From the NCBI RefSeq assembly GCF_009914755.1, contig NC_060928.1: DNA of 64,000 nucleotides; one strand, written 5' to 3'. The translations under genes were made by a program, and so were the position numbers. Below the pieces are notes generated by a model. It was not told the origin of the DNA and ran no database searches. It worked only from the letters and a program-made list of their open reading frames with translations. Shown piece after piece: positions 52,604-64,000 of the stretch (its first letter is position 1; each line of letters begins with the position of its first letter). Source of the stretch: the human T2T-CHM13v2.0 reference genome, Homo sapiens.

Positions 52604-53389
52604 TTGTGTATTTTAATAAAAATGTAATCATTTCATACCTATAAAACTGCCTCTTGCTTTTTCTTATTGAATGCATCATGGAAGAGATGTACTTTATTCC
52701 TCCTAATAGATCAATAATATGAATTCACTCAGCCACTTTTCCTATTGTTGCAAATAAGTTTTTTTCCTTAGTGTGGTTTCTAGCCACGTTTATTTTTATG
52801 GATTTGTAACATATGTTTCAGCTGTGAATATTATGTGGAAACACTTCCACTTGCTGTCCAAACCTCTAATCCAAATTGTGACTCCAAACACAACTCTCTG
52901 GACTGTGTTCCATCTGACCAAATCCTCAAGCAAGTTCTGTAGCCCAACACTCATTTGTTTAGTTGCCAACCACATTATTTTTAAATTAAGTTCCTAGTAT
53001 GTGCCAGAAACTGTGCATGCTGCTAAAGAGTTAAGTATATCTAAGATCTAATCCCTGCTCTCAACGATTTTGGCAACAGCAAGTTGTGAACATAATGAAC
53101 TTTACGGCAAAGTTTCAAATGCTTTCATAAAAAATTTAGTTTTGTCCCTAACACAAGCTTGACTCATTTTTGTTCCTGTGATTCAGACGTATTTCTGGTA
53201 TCTGGAGGACTGCGGGTGGGTGTGCACATCATATATGTTCGTATGGTTAACAAACTCAGGAGTTTTTTTGTGAAAAAAAAAAAATGAATTATCCTAAAAG
53301 AGACCTACAAGGAGTATCATGACTGGTTTAAGGCAAATAAGTAATGATCTGATTGGAGGATAAATCTAAAGATCAGAAAATTTGAGCCT

Positions 53390-53620
53390 ATGCAGTGTTG
53401 AGCACCAAGACTCTGAGGTCACAAAGCTATTGCTTCCACTACTCCACTACTTTTCTCCACTCCACTAATTTTCAGCTATGGGATTTTTGACATGGTGTTT
53501 ATCTTCTCAGTGCCTTAGTTTTTTCATTTCTAAACTTATGATTTTAAAGATCGAAGTTTTGTAAAGCTTAAATGAGATAATGCATGCTAAAGACTAATCA
53601 TAGTGTCCAAGGAATTATGA
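53390..53620 (+). mobile_element. MIR
   Basis: gactctgaggtca..ttctcagtgccttagtttt..ttaaatgagataatgcatg. Confidence 0.7.
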
Positions 53621-53779
53621 AGAATAATGATGTAGCTGTACTAATCAGCTCAATGAATTAAATAGACAAGTTCAATACTTTTAGCCATTATTTTATTAGT
53701 AATTATTTGTCTCCCATTATCTTGTGGGATCATATGTGATTTTTTACCACAAATGCCTTTGTTAACTTGTTTTGCTAAA

Positions 53780-54616
53780 TTTTTTTACTTTTAATTTTAT
53801 GGGTGTATTAGTCCATTCTCCTGCTGCTAATAAGGAGATACCTGAGACTGGGTAATTTATAAAGGAAAGAGGTTTAATTGACTCACAGTTCAGCATGGCT
53901 GGGGAGGCCTCAGGAAGTGACAATCATGGTGGAAGGGGAAGCAAACATGTTCCTCTTCACATGGCAGCATCAAGGAGAAGAATGTGTGTCCAACGAAGGG
54001 GGAAGCCCCTTATAAAACCATCACTTCTCAAGACAACTAACTCACTATCACAAGAACAGGATGGGCGAAACCTCCCTCATGATTCAATCATCTGCTCCCA
54101 GTTCCTCCCATGAGAGGTTGGGATTATGGGAACTACAATTCAAGATGAGATTTGGAGGGGGACACAGCCAAACCATATCAATGGGTATAAGGTAGGTGTA
54201 TGTATAAATATATAATATATAAAAATATATACACCTACTATATATATTATCTCTGTATAATCTATATTAACATGTAATATATAATTATATATACCTACTA
54301 TATACTCATAAAATTAAAAGTAAAAAAAATTAACAAGCAAACAAATGTGAGGTAAAAATCAAGTATGATCCAATAAGATAATGGTAGAAAAATAAATACT
54401 AATACTAACAAAATAATAACAGTAAAAGTAAAAAAGAAAAATTTAATTAAAAATAAAAGTAAAAAATAATATCTTGTGATGGAGTACCCAAGATATTTTG
54501 ATACAGGCACACAATGTGTCACATCAGAGTAAATGAACTGTCCATTACCTCAACCATTTATCCTTTCTTTGTGTTACAAACATTCCAATTATACTCTTTT
54601 AGTTATTTTAAAATGT
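53780..54616 (-). mobile_element. L1MA1/2-like 3' end interrupted by THE1 and an AT-rich rearranged insert
   Basis: ttttaattttatggg|tataaggtaggtgta..gatattttgatacaggca..gtgttacaaacattccaattatactcttttagttatttta. Confidence 0.8.
53804..54180 (-). mobile_element. THE1 (C-like) solo LTR
   Basis: tgtattagtccattctc...gacacagccaaaccatatca; perfect TSD atggg. Confidence 0.95.
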
Positions 54617-54741
54617 CAAATGGGTATTTTTAAATAAGCAAGTAGACATTAAAAGAATTGGATTACGATAATTTCCAGGGACGCTCAGAATGTAGTCTCA
54701 GATAAAATCTGTACGGTTAATGTGCTTCATTTCTTGGCAAT

Positions 54742-55302
54742 TGTGTCAGGGGTCCCCATAAATACTGCTAGGTTTAATGATACACTAGGAACACTCATAG
54801 AAATCAGTATATAATTATGTTCATGGCTATGACTTATTCTAGCAAAAGAATACAAAGCAAAATCAGCAAAGAGAAAAGTCACCTTTTCTTGCACCTGGGG
54901 TGAAATTCAGAGAAAACTAGACTCAAGCTTCCAACAGACTTCTCATGGTGTACTCACACAAGACACACTTAATACCTCAAGCAACAAGTTGTCACAATGC
55001 ATGTAAAACATCATCTACCAGAGGAATTCATTACAACCTCAGTGCCTGAAGTGTCTATTGGTAGCTGGTCATGTAAAAACCCTCAGCCTCAGATGTATCA
55101 GTATTGCAGACTCTCAGAAAGAAAGCAAGTATTCAGCATAAACCATAATGTTTGTACGGTTTAGGCACAGGGAGCTACATTTATCAGTTCCTAGAATGGT
55201 GGGAAATTGAAGTTACCACATGCCACCCGAGGGCCAACCTGGCAAGGGAGTCTTTCTAAGAATAGCAGTATCACTTAGGCTATGTTAATGATTTTCTACA
55301 TA
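54742..55302 (-). mobile_element. MER68/MER77-type ERVL LTR
   Basis: tgtgtcaggggtcccca..gaatacaaagcaaaatcagcaaag..gggccaacct..tttctaagaatagcagt..gctatgttaa; TSD gcaat/gcaac. Confidence 0.82.
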
Positions 55303-55739
55303 GCAACGAAAAAGGAAATTTTTACAGGGAAGGTGCAATTGCATTTCACAGGAAGTCACGGTGGAGGTAGGAATGCCTGCAACAGTAGCGGTGCTATATG
55401 ATACGTAATATTTGCATTTACAATAAAGTTATGTGAAAAACGTATTGTGTTTCACTGCCATGAGGTTGTTTCCACACTGAGGAGTTAGCACTCTGTCCAA
55501 ACACTGGTGTTTCCAGCCTTGAGCATTTTAAATCCCCATTGCAAAAGTTTTTTCATGCAATGAAAAGTTGGAAGTTGTGCAGGCATTTTTCCTACGCTTC
55601 TCTTTCCCTTTTTGGCTTCTGAGGCTGACAGCTTCAACCCAGGAATCATTAGTAGAGATTGCATTTAGGCACCTAAGCAGTGGCAGTAATGTCTTTTATA
55701 GACATTTACTCTCTTCAGAGACTAAGTCACATTTAGGCG

Positions 55740-56095
55740 TGATCTAGACTAAATGTTTGTGTCACACTCAATATTTCTATGTTGAAATATTTACTCCCAG
55801 TGTGATGGTATTTGGAGATACTTTAGGTTAGTTTAAGTTGTGAGAGTGGAGCCCTAATGAATGGGATTAGTGCCCTTATAAAAGAGATCCCCGAGTGCCA
55901 CATTGCCCCTCTGACCATATGAAGACACAGCCAGAAGATGGCTGTCTATGAATAAGAAAGCAGGCCCTCATCAGACACCAGATCTGCCAGCATCTTGATC
56001 TTGGACTTCCCAGCCTCCAGATATGTGATGGATGTTTGTTGCTTAAGCCACCCAGTCTGTGGTGATTTGTTGTAGTAGGCTGAACTACTAAGACA
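55740..56095 (+). mobile_element. MLT1A0-like MaLR LTR
   Basis: gaatgggattagtgcccttataaaagag..catcttgatcttggacttcccagcctccag..actaagaca. Confidence 0.88.
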
Positions 56096-56809
56096 TATAG
56101 AGTAGAAACACAAGAAAATATGGCAGCCAAGAATAAATTCGAGATCAACATGAACCAACTCATTGGAAACTCTATGATCAGGTAAATGACACCTGAGAAG
56201 GACTGGAGTTCCTGTTTACCTGATGACACCCATTTTTACATAGTATTCCGTTTCCCCAGGCTTTCTGCATTCATTCAACGAAATTATATTTAGTATGTGT
56301 ATCAGGCAAACACTTTTCTAAGAATTGGGAATCAAACAGTGAATCAGAGAGAAAAACGCCCTGCCTTCATGGAGTGTAATTCTGGTAAATACAGATCTTA
56401 AACTTGTTCCAAGTTTGCTAAATAGATCTCATATGGCTTCATTTAAATCACATAAAATTCTCAGCAGAACATAGCTAAAGTTAACACTGAACTTTTTTTC
56501 TCCATTTATGATGAAAGCGCTATGACACCACCTTGAAATCAAATAAATATATTATCCAGCTCTCATTTCACCATGTTTATTCCATTATGAAATATTTATT
56601 TACTCTCTATAAAAAAGACAACTAAGAAATTTGGCAGCACTTGGCTCTTAACTCATGTTAGTTCTCATTGATCATTAATTTCATGCATTGTGAGTCAACC
56701 CATATAATAGATATCTTCACATACCTGTATGAGAGATCTTATGTATCCTAAGTGTTCAAATACAACATTAATTTAATTGCCTCCGTTAGACAGTGACAAA
56801 AATCTGTAA

Positions 56810-56874
56810 TTTCCTCTCTAAAAAATCAGGACACATTCCTGATTTTTTCCTCTCTAAAAAATCAGGACACATTC
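56810..56874. repeat. Perfect 29-bp direct duplication with inverted spacer
   Basis: tttcctctctaaaaaatcaggacacattc at 56810-56838 and 56846-56874. Confidence 0.95.
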
Positions 56875-57129
56875 TCACCTTTATAGTTCCTGGCACTTTT
56901 TCCTTCCTCCAGGATTTCTCAGTGTACAATGATGGCTGCTCAGTTATCAAATCGGCAGATTCTGTCAGCAGTCTGAGATGTAACCCCTGACTACGCTGAA
57001 TACATTAATGTATGAGTGCAGCCTTCTTCAGAGTATTCAGAGCTATCAACCTCAATGGCACTCCCTATCATGGGCTTCCAGTGAATTTAATCAGCAATGT
57101 CTCCTTAATAACTCTGTTTCATCCTAAAG

Positions 57130-57132
<3 letters not shown>

Positions 57133-57163
<31 letters not shown>

Positions 57164-57442
57164 TGGAGTCTGGCTCTGTCATCCAGGCTGGAGTGCACTG
57201 ATGCGATCTGGCTCACTGCATCCTCCATCCTCCTCCCTGATTCAAGCGATTCTCCTGCCTCAGCCTCCAGAGTAGCTGGGATTACAGGCACGTGCCACTA
57301 TGCTCGGCTAATTTTTTGTATGTTTAGTAGAGACAGAGTTTCACCGTGTTAGCCAGGTTGGTCTCCATCTCCTGACCTCGTGATCCATCCGCCTCGGCTC
57401 CCAAAGTGCTGGGATTACAGGCTTGAGCCACCGCGTCTGGCC
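57133..57442 (-). mobile_element. AluSc-like full-length Alu
   Basis: Long T tail, ttcaccgtgttagccagg, atctcctgacctcgtgatcc; TSD c(t/a)aaagtgattttt. Confidence 0.95.
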
Positions 57443-58024
57443 CAAAAGTGATTTTTTAAAATCACTCTAGGGTGGTCCTTGTAAGGCTCTAACTCTCCAT
57501 GATGACCGTGTAGTTTGGTTTGACCTAATACCTGTTGCTGGGGAGACAAGACCAGACTAGGAAAGTGTACTTTGTATGTGACAAGCTGAATAGGTTGTTG
57601 ACAGATTTTTACAAGGACGCTGTCAAACATAATTGGAAACATTGTGGCAGAGCTGTTGATTCTTGGGAAATGACACCTGCAAAGAGGTTACTTGTCAATC
57701 TCAAGCCACGTGGTTCTGCTATAGTAAGAGAAAACAAAACTTCCTGTGGGGAAAAAATGGCAGAGCTTTTAAAGGGAGAAGGATGTGGGAAGCCACGGTC
57801 ATTTTGAGGACAATTGCTGCAGGCACATGGAACAGGAAGAACACAAGGTTATGTATCCATCATATTTATAGACACATAGACATTACCATAGCTGCCAGTT
57901 TTTGATTGGTACGATGAGTATTTAGCAACTGACTTTCAAATGACATACAACACACACACATAGAGACACAAGTCTTTGGTGTATGATTTTGGATTGCAAT
58001 TAGAACAATTTCACAGTATACTGA

Positions 58025-58165
58025 AAGATTCTAGACAGCAGAGAAGACCTGAGCTATTTCCCTGGCTTTTCCACTTACAGGCAGAGGAATTTTGGACAAG
58101 TCATTTCACCTCTTTGCATGTCAGTTTCCTCAGCTATAAATGAGGACATTGGATGCAGTATTTAA
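58025..58165 (+). mobile_element. MIR
   Basis: ttggacaagtcatttcacctctttgcatgtcagtttcctcagctataaa. Confidence 0.8.
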
Positions 58166-59714
58166 AACTCCCCCTTTTTCCCGGTCCTAATATTTATTGA
58201 GTAAATATTTCTAGGTATAATGTAAAAATATACAAATCTAAATTATGAGATATCACATACATCTTTTCCATGCTTGCAATCCCTTTTCAAGTAAGTAATG
58301 GTCATGAAAGTTTCTGTGGTTCAGAAAAAAAAAAAGGAAGAGAAAGAGAGAAACTCGAAATTTGAAAATTATTGTTACTGTGAAATTACCTGGTTCTCAA
58401 TAAGAACGTCATCAATATTTAATACCTATTTGTTTATGTTAGGTGATCTTGAGGCCAGTAGGAGATGTTAAATGGTAAAACAAAACAACATGTTGAAAAG
58501 TTTATAAATGTGGGTTGTGTTAAATACAGACTGGAATCTGCTTTAATTGTGGATTCACTAACAATGTTTAAAGAATTCTGAGGCTCCTCGAAGTAAAATT
58601 AGCAAATAATGTGATCAAAACGTGGAACTCTCAGGGGATAAATTATCATTAATGGGTTGATAAACATAAGATGGCAAATTGAGCCTACTTTCTTATCTCA
58701 TTACTCAATAAATAGCAGTCAAAATATAAGTTTGCTATATCATTTAATTTTAATAATAATAATATTACTAGAAACCACCCCCAAGCCTGTGCATCTCTTA
58801 TTCTTGGCAAATTTTGGGACATTGGGTTCATGGACACTTTTTCATGCTAGCAGGCCCATCACTCCATTTCATATTTTCCAATTATGGTCATTGATTTCCA
58901 GCCATAGATGTTTATATAACCGTACTTAGTAATATGTTGAAGATCCTTTTAAAAGGGCATATTTTTGATTCCCTAATTTGTTAATTGTGTCTAATTTGTT
59001 AATATGAGCATTTAAGATGACAAAGTTCACTATTTGCTTAGAAATAGCTGCACTCAAGGCCACAACCCTAGTTCTATACCAACCATGTCTGCATTATAGA
59101 AGACTGTTTAAGCAAGCCCACAAATCACATGACATTCTGTTCTCTCCTCCCTGGAGATGGGGATTGAAAGTAAAAAACGGAGATTGGAAAGACAAGGGAA
59201 GGAGATGAAAAAGGTAGGCTTAGAAGTGTACTTCGGGCCTATCTCCATGAAAGAGTTTATGACCAAATCTATGATCAGATTAGAGGTCACTGAAGTTTCA
59301 CACAAAGGAATTTTCAACTCAAATCTCCATGGCATAGTACTTAATGTAAGCTGATTTTATTTGTTTTATATAATGAAAACAAAAACAAAAGTACCTACTC
59401 TTTTTATTTCCCTTTTGTGAACATCTATAAGTTTACCCAACGACCATTAAAAACATGATTATTAGTTATACCAATTGCCCAGTATATGAAAATGCACCTG
59501 AAAACATTTATTCTGATACAAGAATTAGTAGAAAGTCCAGGCTTAGGTATGCTGTACAGTTTCTTAATCACTTTTCAGAAGGGCAACTTGCCCTCAATGC
59601 CATCTTCTAAAACAAACGGAAACAGATAATTCAAGGACCAAAACAAAACTGAGACACATGCAGATTATATTTAATGGAAATAAAATAATGTTGTACAGGG
59701 TTTGTAAATTGTTG

Positions 59715-62035
59715 TTTGCTTTTTTATTGATACATAATAGTTGTGCATATTTATGGAATCTATGTGATATTTTGAGACATGCATATAATGTGTAATGATC
59801 AAATTCAGACAATTAGGATATCCATCACTCCAAACAGTTACAATTTATTTGTGTTGGTAACATTTCAAACTTCTCTTCTAGCTTTGATGAAATGTACAAT
59901 AAATTACTGTTAACTATGGTCAACCTACCATGCTAGCTAACACTTGAACTTTTTGCCTTCTATCTAACTGTGTGTTTGTACCCATTACCCAACCTCTCTT
60001 CACCACCTCTCACCCTTTCTACTCTCTGATACCCATAATTCCACTCTCTACCTTCACTACATGAACTTTTTTAGCTCTCATATATAAGTGAGAACATGTG
60101 ATATTTGTCTTTCTATACCTGGCTTATTTCACTTAACATAATGGCTTCCTGTTCCACACATGTTGCTGCAAATAACAGGTACTTATTCTTTATCATATTC
60201 TGATATTGTTTGGCTGTGTCCCCACCCAAATCTCATCTTGAATTGTAGCTGTCATAATCCCCACATGTCATGGGAGGGATCGGGTGGGAGGTAATTGAAA
60301 CATGAGGGCACATTTTCCCAGGCTGTTCTCGTGATATTGAACATGTTTCATTAAATCTGATGATTTTATAAAGGGCAGTTCTGCACACACTCTCTTGCCT
60401 GCTGCCATGTAAGATGTGCCTTTGCTTCTCCTTCACCTCCCGCCATGATTGTGAGGCCTCCCTAGCCATGTGGAACTATGAGTCCATTAAACCTCTTTTT
60501 CTTTACAAATTACCCAGTCTTGGGTATTTATTCATGGCAGTATGAAAATGGACAAATACATATTCCATTATATATATACACACCCCATTTTCTTTATCCA
60601 CTCATCTGTCGATGGACTCTTAGGTTGATTACATATTTTGCCTACTATTAATAAAGCACTACTATTAATAGTGCTTTAATGAATATGGTAATGCAGATAT
60701 CTATTCTATATACCGATTTCATTTCTTTTGTCTATATATCCACCAGGAGGGTTACTGGATTACATGGTAAATTTACTTTTAGTTTTTTTTTTTTGAGAAA
60801 GTTTCATACTGTTTTCTATAGTGGCTGTACCAATTCACATTCCCACTAGTAGTGTACTTGCATTCCCCTTTCTCCAAAGGCTCACCAGCATCCTTTTAAA
60901 AATCTTTTTGATAATAGCCATTTTAACTGGGGTGAGAATATATCTCATTGTGGTTTTAATATGCATTCCTCTGATGATCAGTGATACTGAATATTTTTTA
61001 ATATGCCCATTGTCCATTTGTACGTCTTTCCAGATCATTTGCCCATTTTTAATTGGATTATTTGTTTTCATGCTATTGAGTTGAGTTCCTTATATATTTT
61101 TGTTATTAATCTTTCAGCAGATGGATAAATCTGCAAAGATTAAAACTTCCATTATATAGATTGATTGTTTTGTCATTCTATTGACTGTTTTTATTCTGTG
61201 AAGAAACATTTTAGCTTAATGTAATCCCATTGGTCTATTTTACTTTTGTTATCTGTGCTTTTGGGGTCTTATCCAAAAATTTTTTGCCAAGACCAATGTC
61301 CTAAAGCATTTTTCCAATGTTTTCTTCTGGTAGTTTTATACTTTCAGGTATTACATTTAAGTTTTTAATCCATTTTGATTTGATTTTTATATATGGTGAG
61401 ATATAAGGGTCTAGTTTTCTTTTTTTGCATATGGATATCAAGTTTCTGCAGTATCATTTATTGAAGAGACTGTCCTTTCTCCCACTGAATGTTCTTGAGG
61501 CCTTTGCAAAAATCAGTTAGCTGTAAGCACATGGATTTATTTCTAAGTTCTCTATTTTGTTCCATTGGCCTATGTGTCTGTTTTTATGCCAGTAACATGT
61601 TGTTTTCTTTCTATAGCTTTGTAGTATATTTTGAAGTCAGGTACTGTTATGCCTCCAACTTTGTTCCTTTTTGCTCAACATTGCTTTGGCTATTCTAGAC
61701 TTCCTGTTACCATATTAATTTTAGACTTTTTTATAAAGAATGACACTGGTATATGACACTGCAAGATTGCATTGAATCTGTAGATCAGTTTTGGTAGTAC
61801 AGTAATTTTCACAAAATTAATTCTTCCAGTCCAGGGACATAGGATATCTTTCATTTTTTGTAATCTTTTTATTTCCTCAGTGTTTTATAGTTCTACTTGT
61901 AGAGGTCTTTCATCTCCTTGTTTAAATTTATTCTTAGGTATTTTCTTTGTAGATCCTGCAAATGGCATTGCTTTTTGGATTTCCTTCATTGAATTTGCTG
62001 TTGGCATACTACAATGCTGTTGATTTTTGTGTGTC
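59715..62035 (-). mobile_element. L1MA (MA3/4-like) 3' ~2 kb interrupted by THE1
   Basis: tttttattgatacataatagttgtgcatatt 3' end; ORF 60835-61071 gives decayed ORF2p text ([23 protein letters not shown]). Confidence 0.9.
60201..60560 (+). mobile_element. THE1 (C/D-like) solo LTR
   Basis: tgatattgtttggctgtgtccccacccaaatctcatcttgaattgtagc...ggacaaataca; perfect TSD tattc. Confidence 0.95.
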
Positions 62036-62074
62036 AATTGAACAAACACACTTTGTGTGTCAATGAATAAACAC

Positions 62075-62350
62075 TGTTATAAAGACTATAAATTGCTAGT
62101 TTTCTGAGAAGGCAATTTGAGAGTATTTATTAAAATTTTAAAAATGCACATACTTATCAAGGTAAAAAATGTAACTGCAGATATGTGTTCTAGAGAAATA
62201 TTTATGCATGCACTTAAAGGGGAAAAGGTACAAGCATGTAAACTGCAGCATTTTTAACAAAAAAAAATTATTTTCACAGTAGAAACTTTAAAAAAAACTA
62301 TTCAATTCAAAAATGATTAAACAAATTATAAACATGCACAATAAAGACTC
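62075..62350 (+). mobile_element. L1ME fragment
   Basis: tttctgagaaggcaatttgagagtatttattaaaattttaaaaatgcacatac. Confidence 0.6.
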
Positions 62351-62959
62351 TATTAGGTCAGAACCAACTTCTAAGCTTAGTAGACACAGTGCCTAAAGCT
62401 GACACAAATGTTCTAAGTTTAATCTTTCAAAATCAACTAAAACAGTGAATATAATAATTATTATAGCAATTATTATACGATTAGTTCATCCTTAATTATA
62501 CTCATTTATACCAAAAAGTAATAAAGATTATTAGTATCTTAAGAGGCTTATGAAGAAAAAAATTGCTAATGTCCATGAAAGTCATATCTCATTTCTGTAT
62601 TTAGATGTTAAAAGCAATCATATATATTTATACATAAGCTGCAATGTTACGATTTCCAACATAACCAGTTACATTCAAATGGCAAAAATTTTGAACCATA
62701 TGAATAGTATTCCACAAATTATTATTATTATCCCTCAAAAGAGAGTATCTATAAAGTATGTAAGTGCATAAAGTATCTGGAAGAATGCACATCTAGCTTC
62801 AAACGGGGACTACTTTTACCAAGAGTACTAACTCCTTTTGTTCTGAGGGTATGTGTGAAGAGATCTTTTACTTTTGGCTTTATATTCTTAGATATGTGTG
62901 GATTTATTTTACAATATGGATATAGGTTTGAAATATAATACATTTTTATTTAAAATGTA

Positions 62960-63753
62960 CCATTTTGGTTACTAGTGTGCATCACAAATCAAGTCAGACT
63001 TAGTGGCTTTATCTGAAATTTCTTAATTACAGTCTCACATTCTGAAGGACAGCCACATGGACATTACACAATGCTTGTCTCTGCGTCATAACATATGGGA
63101 CCTCTACTTGGATGAATTAAAGACTAACCATAATGTGGTTAGTTGGGGGTTGAGATCATTTTAAGGTTCTTTCCCTGACAGGTCCGGTGCCTGGGATGGA
63201 ATGAATCAAGGGCTAGAACTGCTTACTCTCATGCATACATGCAAAATCACCACGTAGCTTAATTTTCTCAGCATAGCAGTTCCACGGCAGTTAGACTGCC
63301 TTCATGAAGGGACTGAAGTATGAGTTTTCCAATAAGTGAAGCAAAATCTGCATCACCTTTTGGATCACATCTTGCAAATGGAAGAATGTCATTTCTGCCA
63401 TACTCAAAGCAATCACAAGGCCTTTTTTCTTTCCTCATTTTGAAGGGAGAAGTTGCAAATTCACACTATAAATAAATACGTGCAATACAGTTATAGATAT
63501 CTTTTGAAGATACAACTCTCTCCAATTTGACTTCTAGTCCCAACAATTTACATCCCTTCAACTTAGAAAATAAATTCGCCCTCCCCAACACTTCCAAGTT
63601 TTCTACTATTATGGAATCAGATGGAAGTTTAAGATTTCATTATCAAAACCAGGTCCATGTTCAGATGAAGCCCCTTTTGTACGACAACTCTAGTGCAGTT
63701 TCTATCAATTTAAAAATCTGTAAACTAAAGAGACAGGAGACTATATACCTCCC

Positions 63754-63825
<72 letters not shown>

Positions 63826-63960
63826 TCAATAGTGGGACAGGCACGTGACAACCACTGTAGTCATTTTCATTCAAAGGCACACAAAATAGAAGACACCAGA
63901 TAATAACAATTTCTAAAATGCAAGCAAGCACACATCATCAGTTCTTGATTAGAATTCCAT
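62960..63960 (-). mobile_element. Old MLT1 (G/H-like) LTR ~62960-63525 plus internal sequence, with (CT)n(CA)n at 63757-63822
   Basis: acttagtggcttta..atgcttgtctctgc..atgtcatttctgccatact..cttttgaagatacaact. Confidence 0.6.
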
Positions 63961-63966
63961 GCTACT

Positions 63967-63968
<2 letters not shown>

Positions 63969-63997
<29 letters not shown>

Positions 63998-64000
63998 GAG
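63969..64000 (-). mobile_element. Poly-T plus gag: probable tail of an antisense Alu cut by the window edge
   Basis: Long T run followed by gag (ttttgagac pattern). Confidence 0.7.

Noticed and set aside
56793-56990. ORF with duplicated FLSKKSGHI peptide
   Set aside because: By-product of the 36-bp DNA duplication; non-ATG start and no recognisable protein

Overview
Primate (human/ape-like) nuclear DNA: AT-rich, CpG-depleted, and with no protein-coding gene, RNA gene, CpG island or prokaryotic system that I can support. Most of the window is decayed transposable elements: about 9 Alus (J/S/Y), young L1PA 3' fragments, old L1M/L2/MIR, a MER58 DNA transposon and roughly 25-30 LTRs (MER41, MER67, MER68, LTR16, LTR33, MLT1/MLT2, MST, THE1), including one complete two-LTR MSTB MaLR element in a four-level nest. 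All listed ORFs are chance ORFs, simple-repeat translations or TE remnants; the only recognisable protein text is broken L1 ORF2p C-terminus. The most interesting signals are several DNA template-switch or repair scars: a 55-bp copy taken from 3 kb away, a fold-back duplication that preserves the empty site of a THE1 insertion, and two hairpin-plus-direct-duplication insertions. There are also a few candidate cis-regulatory motif clusters. I found no convincing new biological system. Subfamily names come from recalled consensus sequences, not a database search, and boundaries without a stated TSD are approximate.
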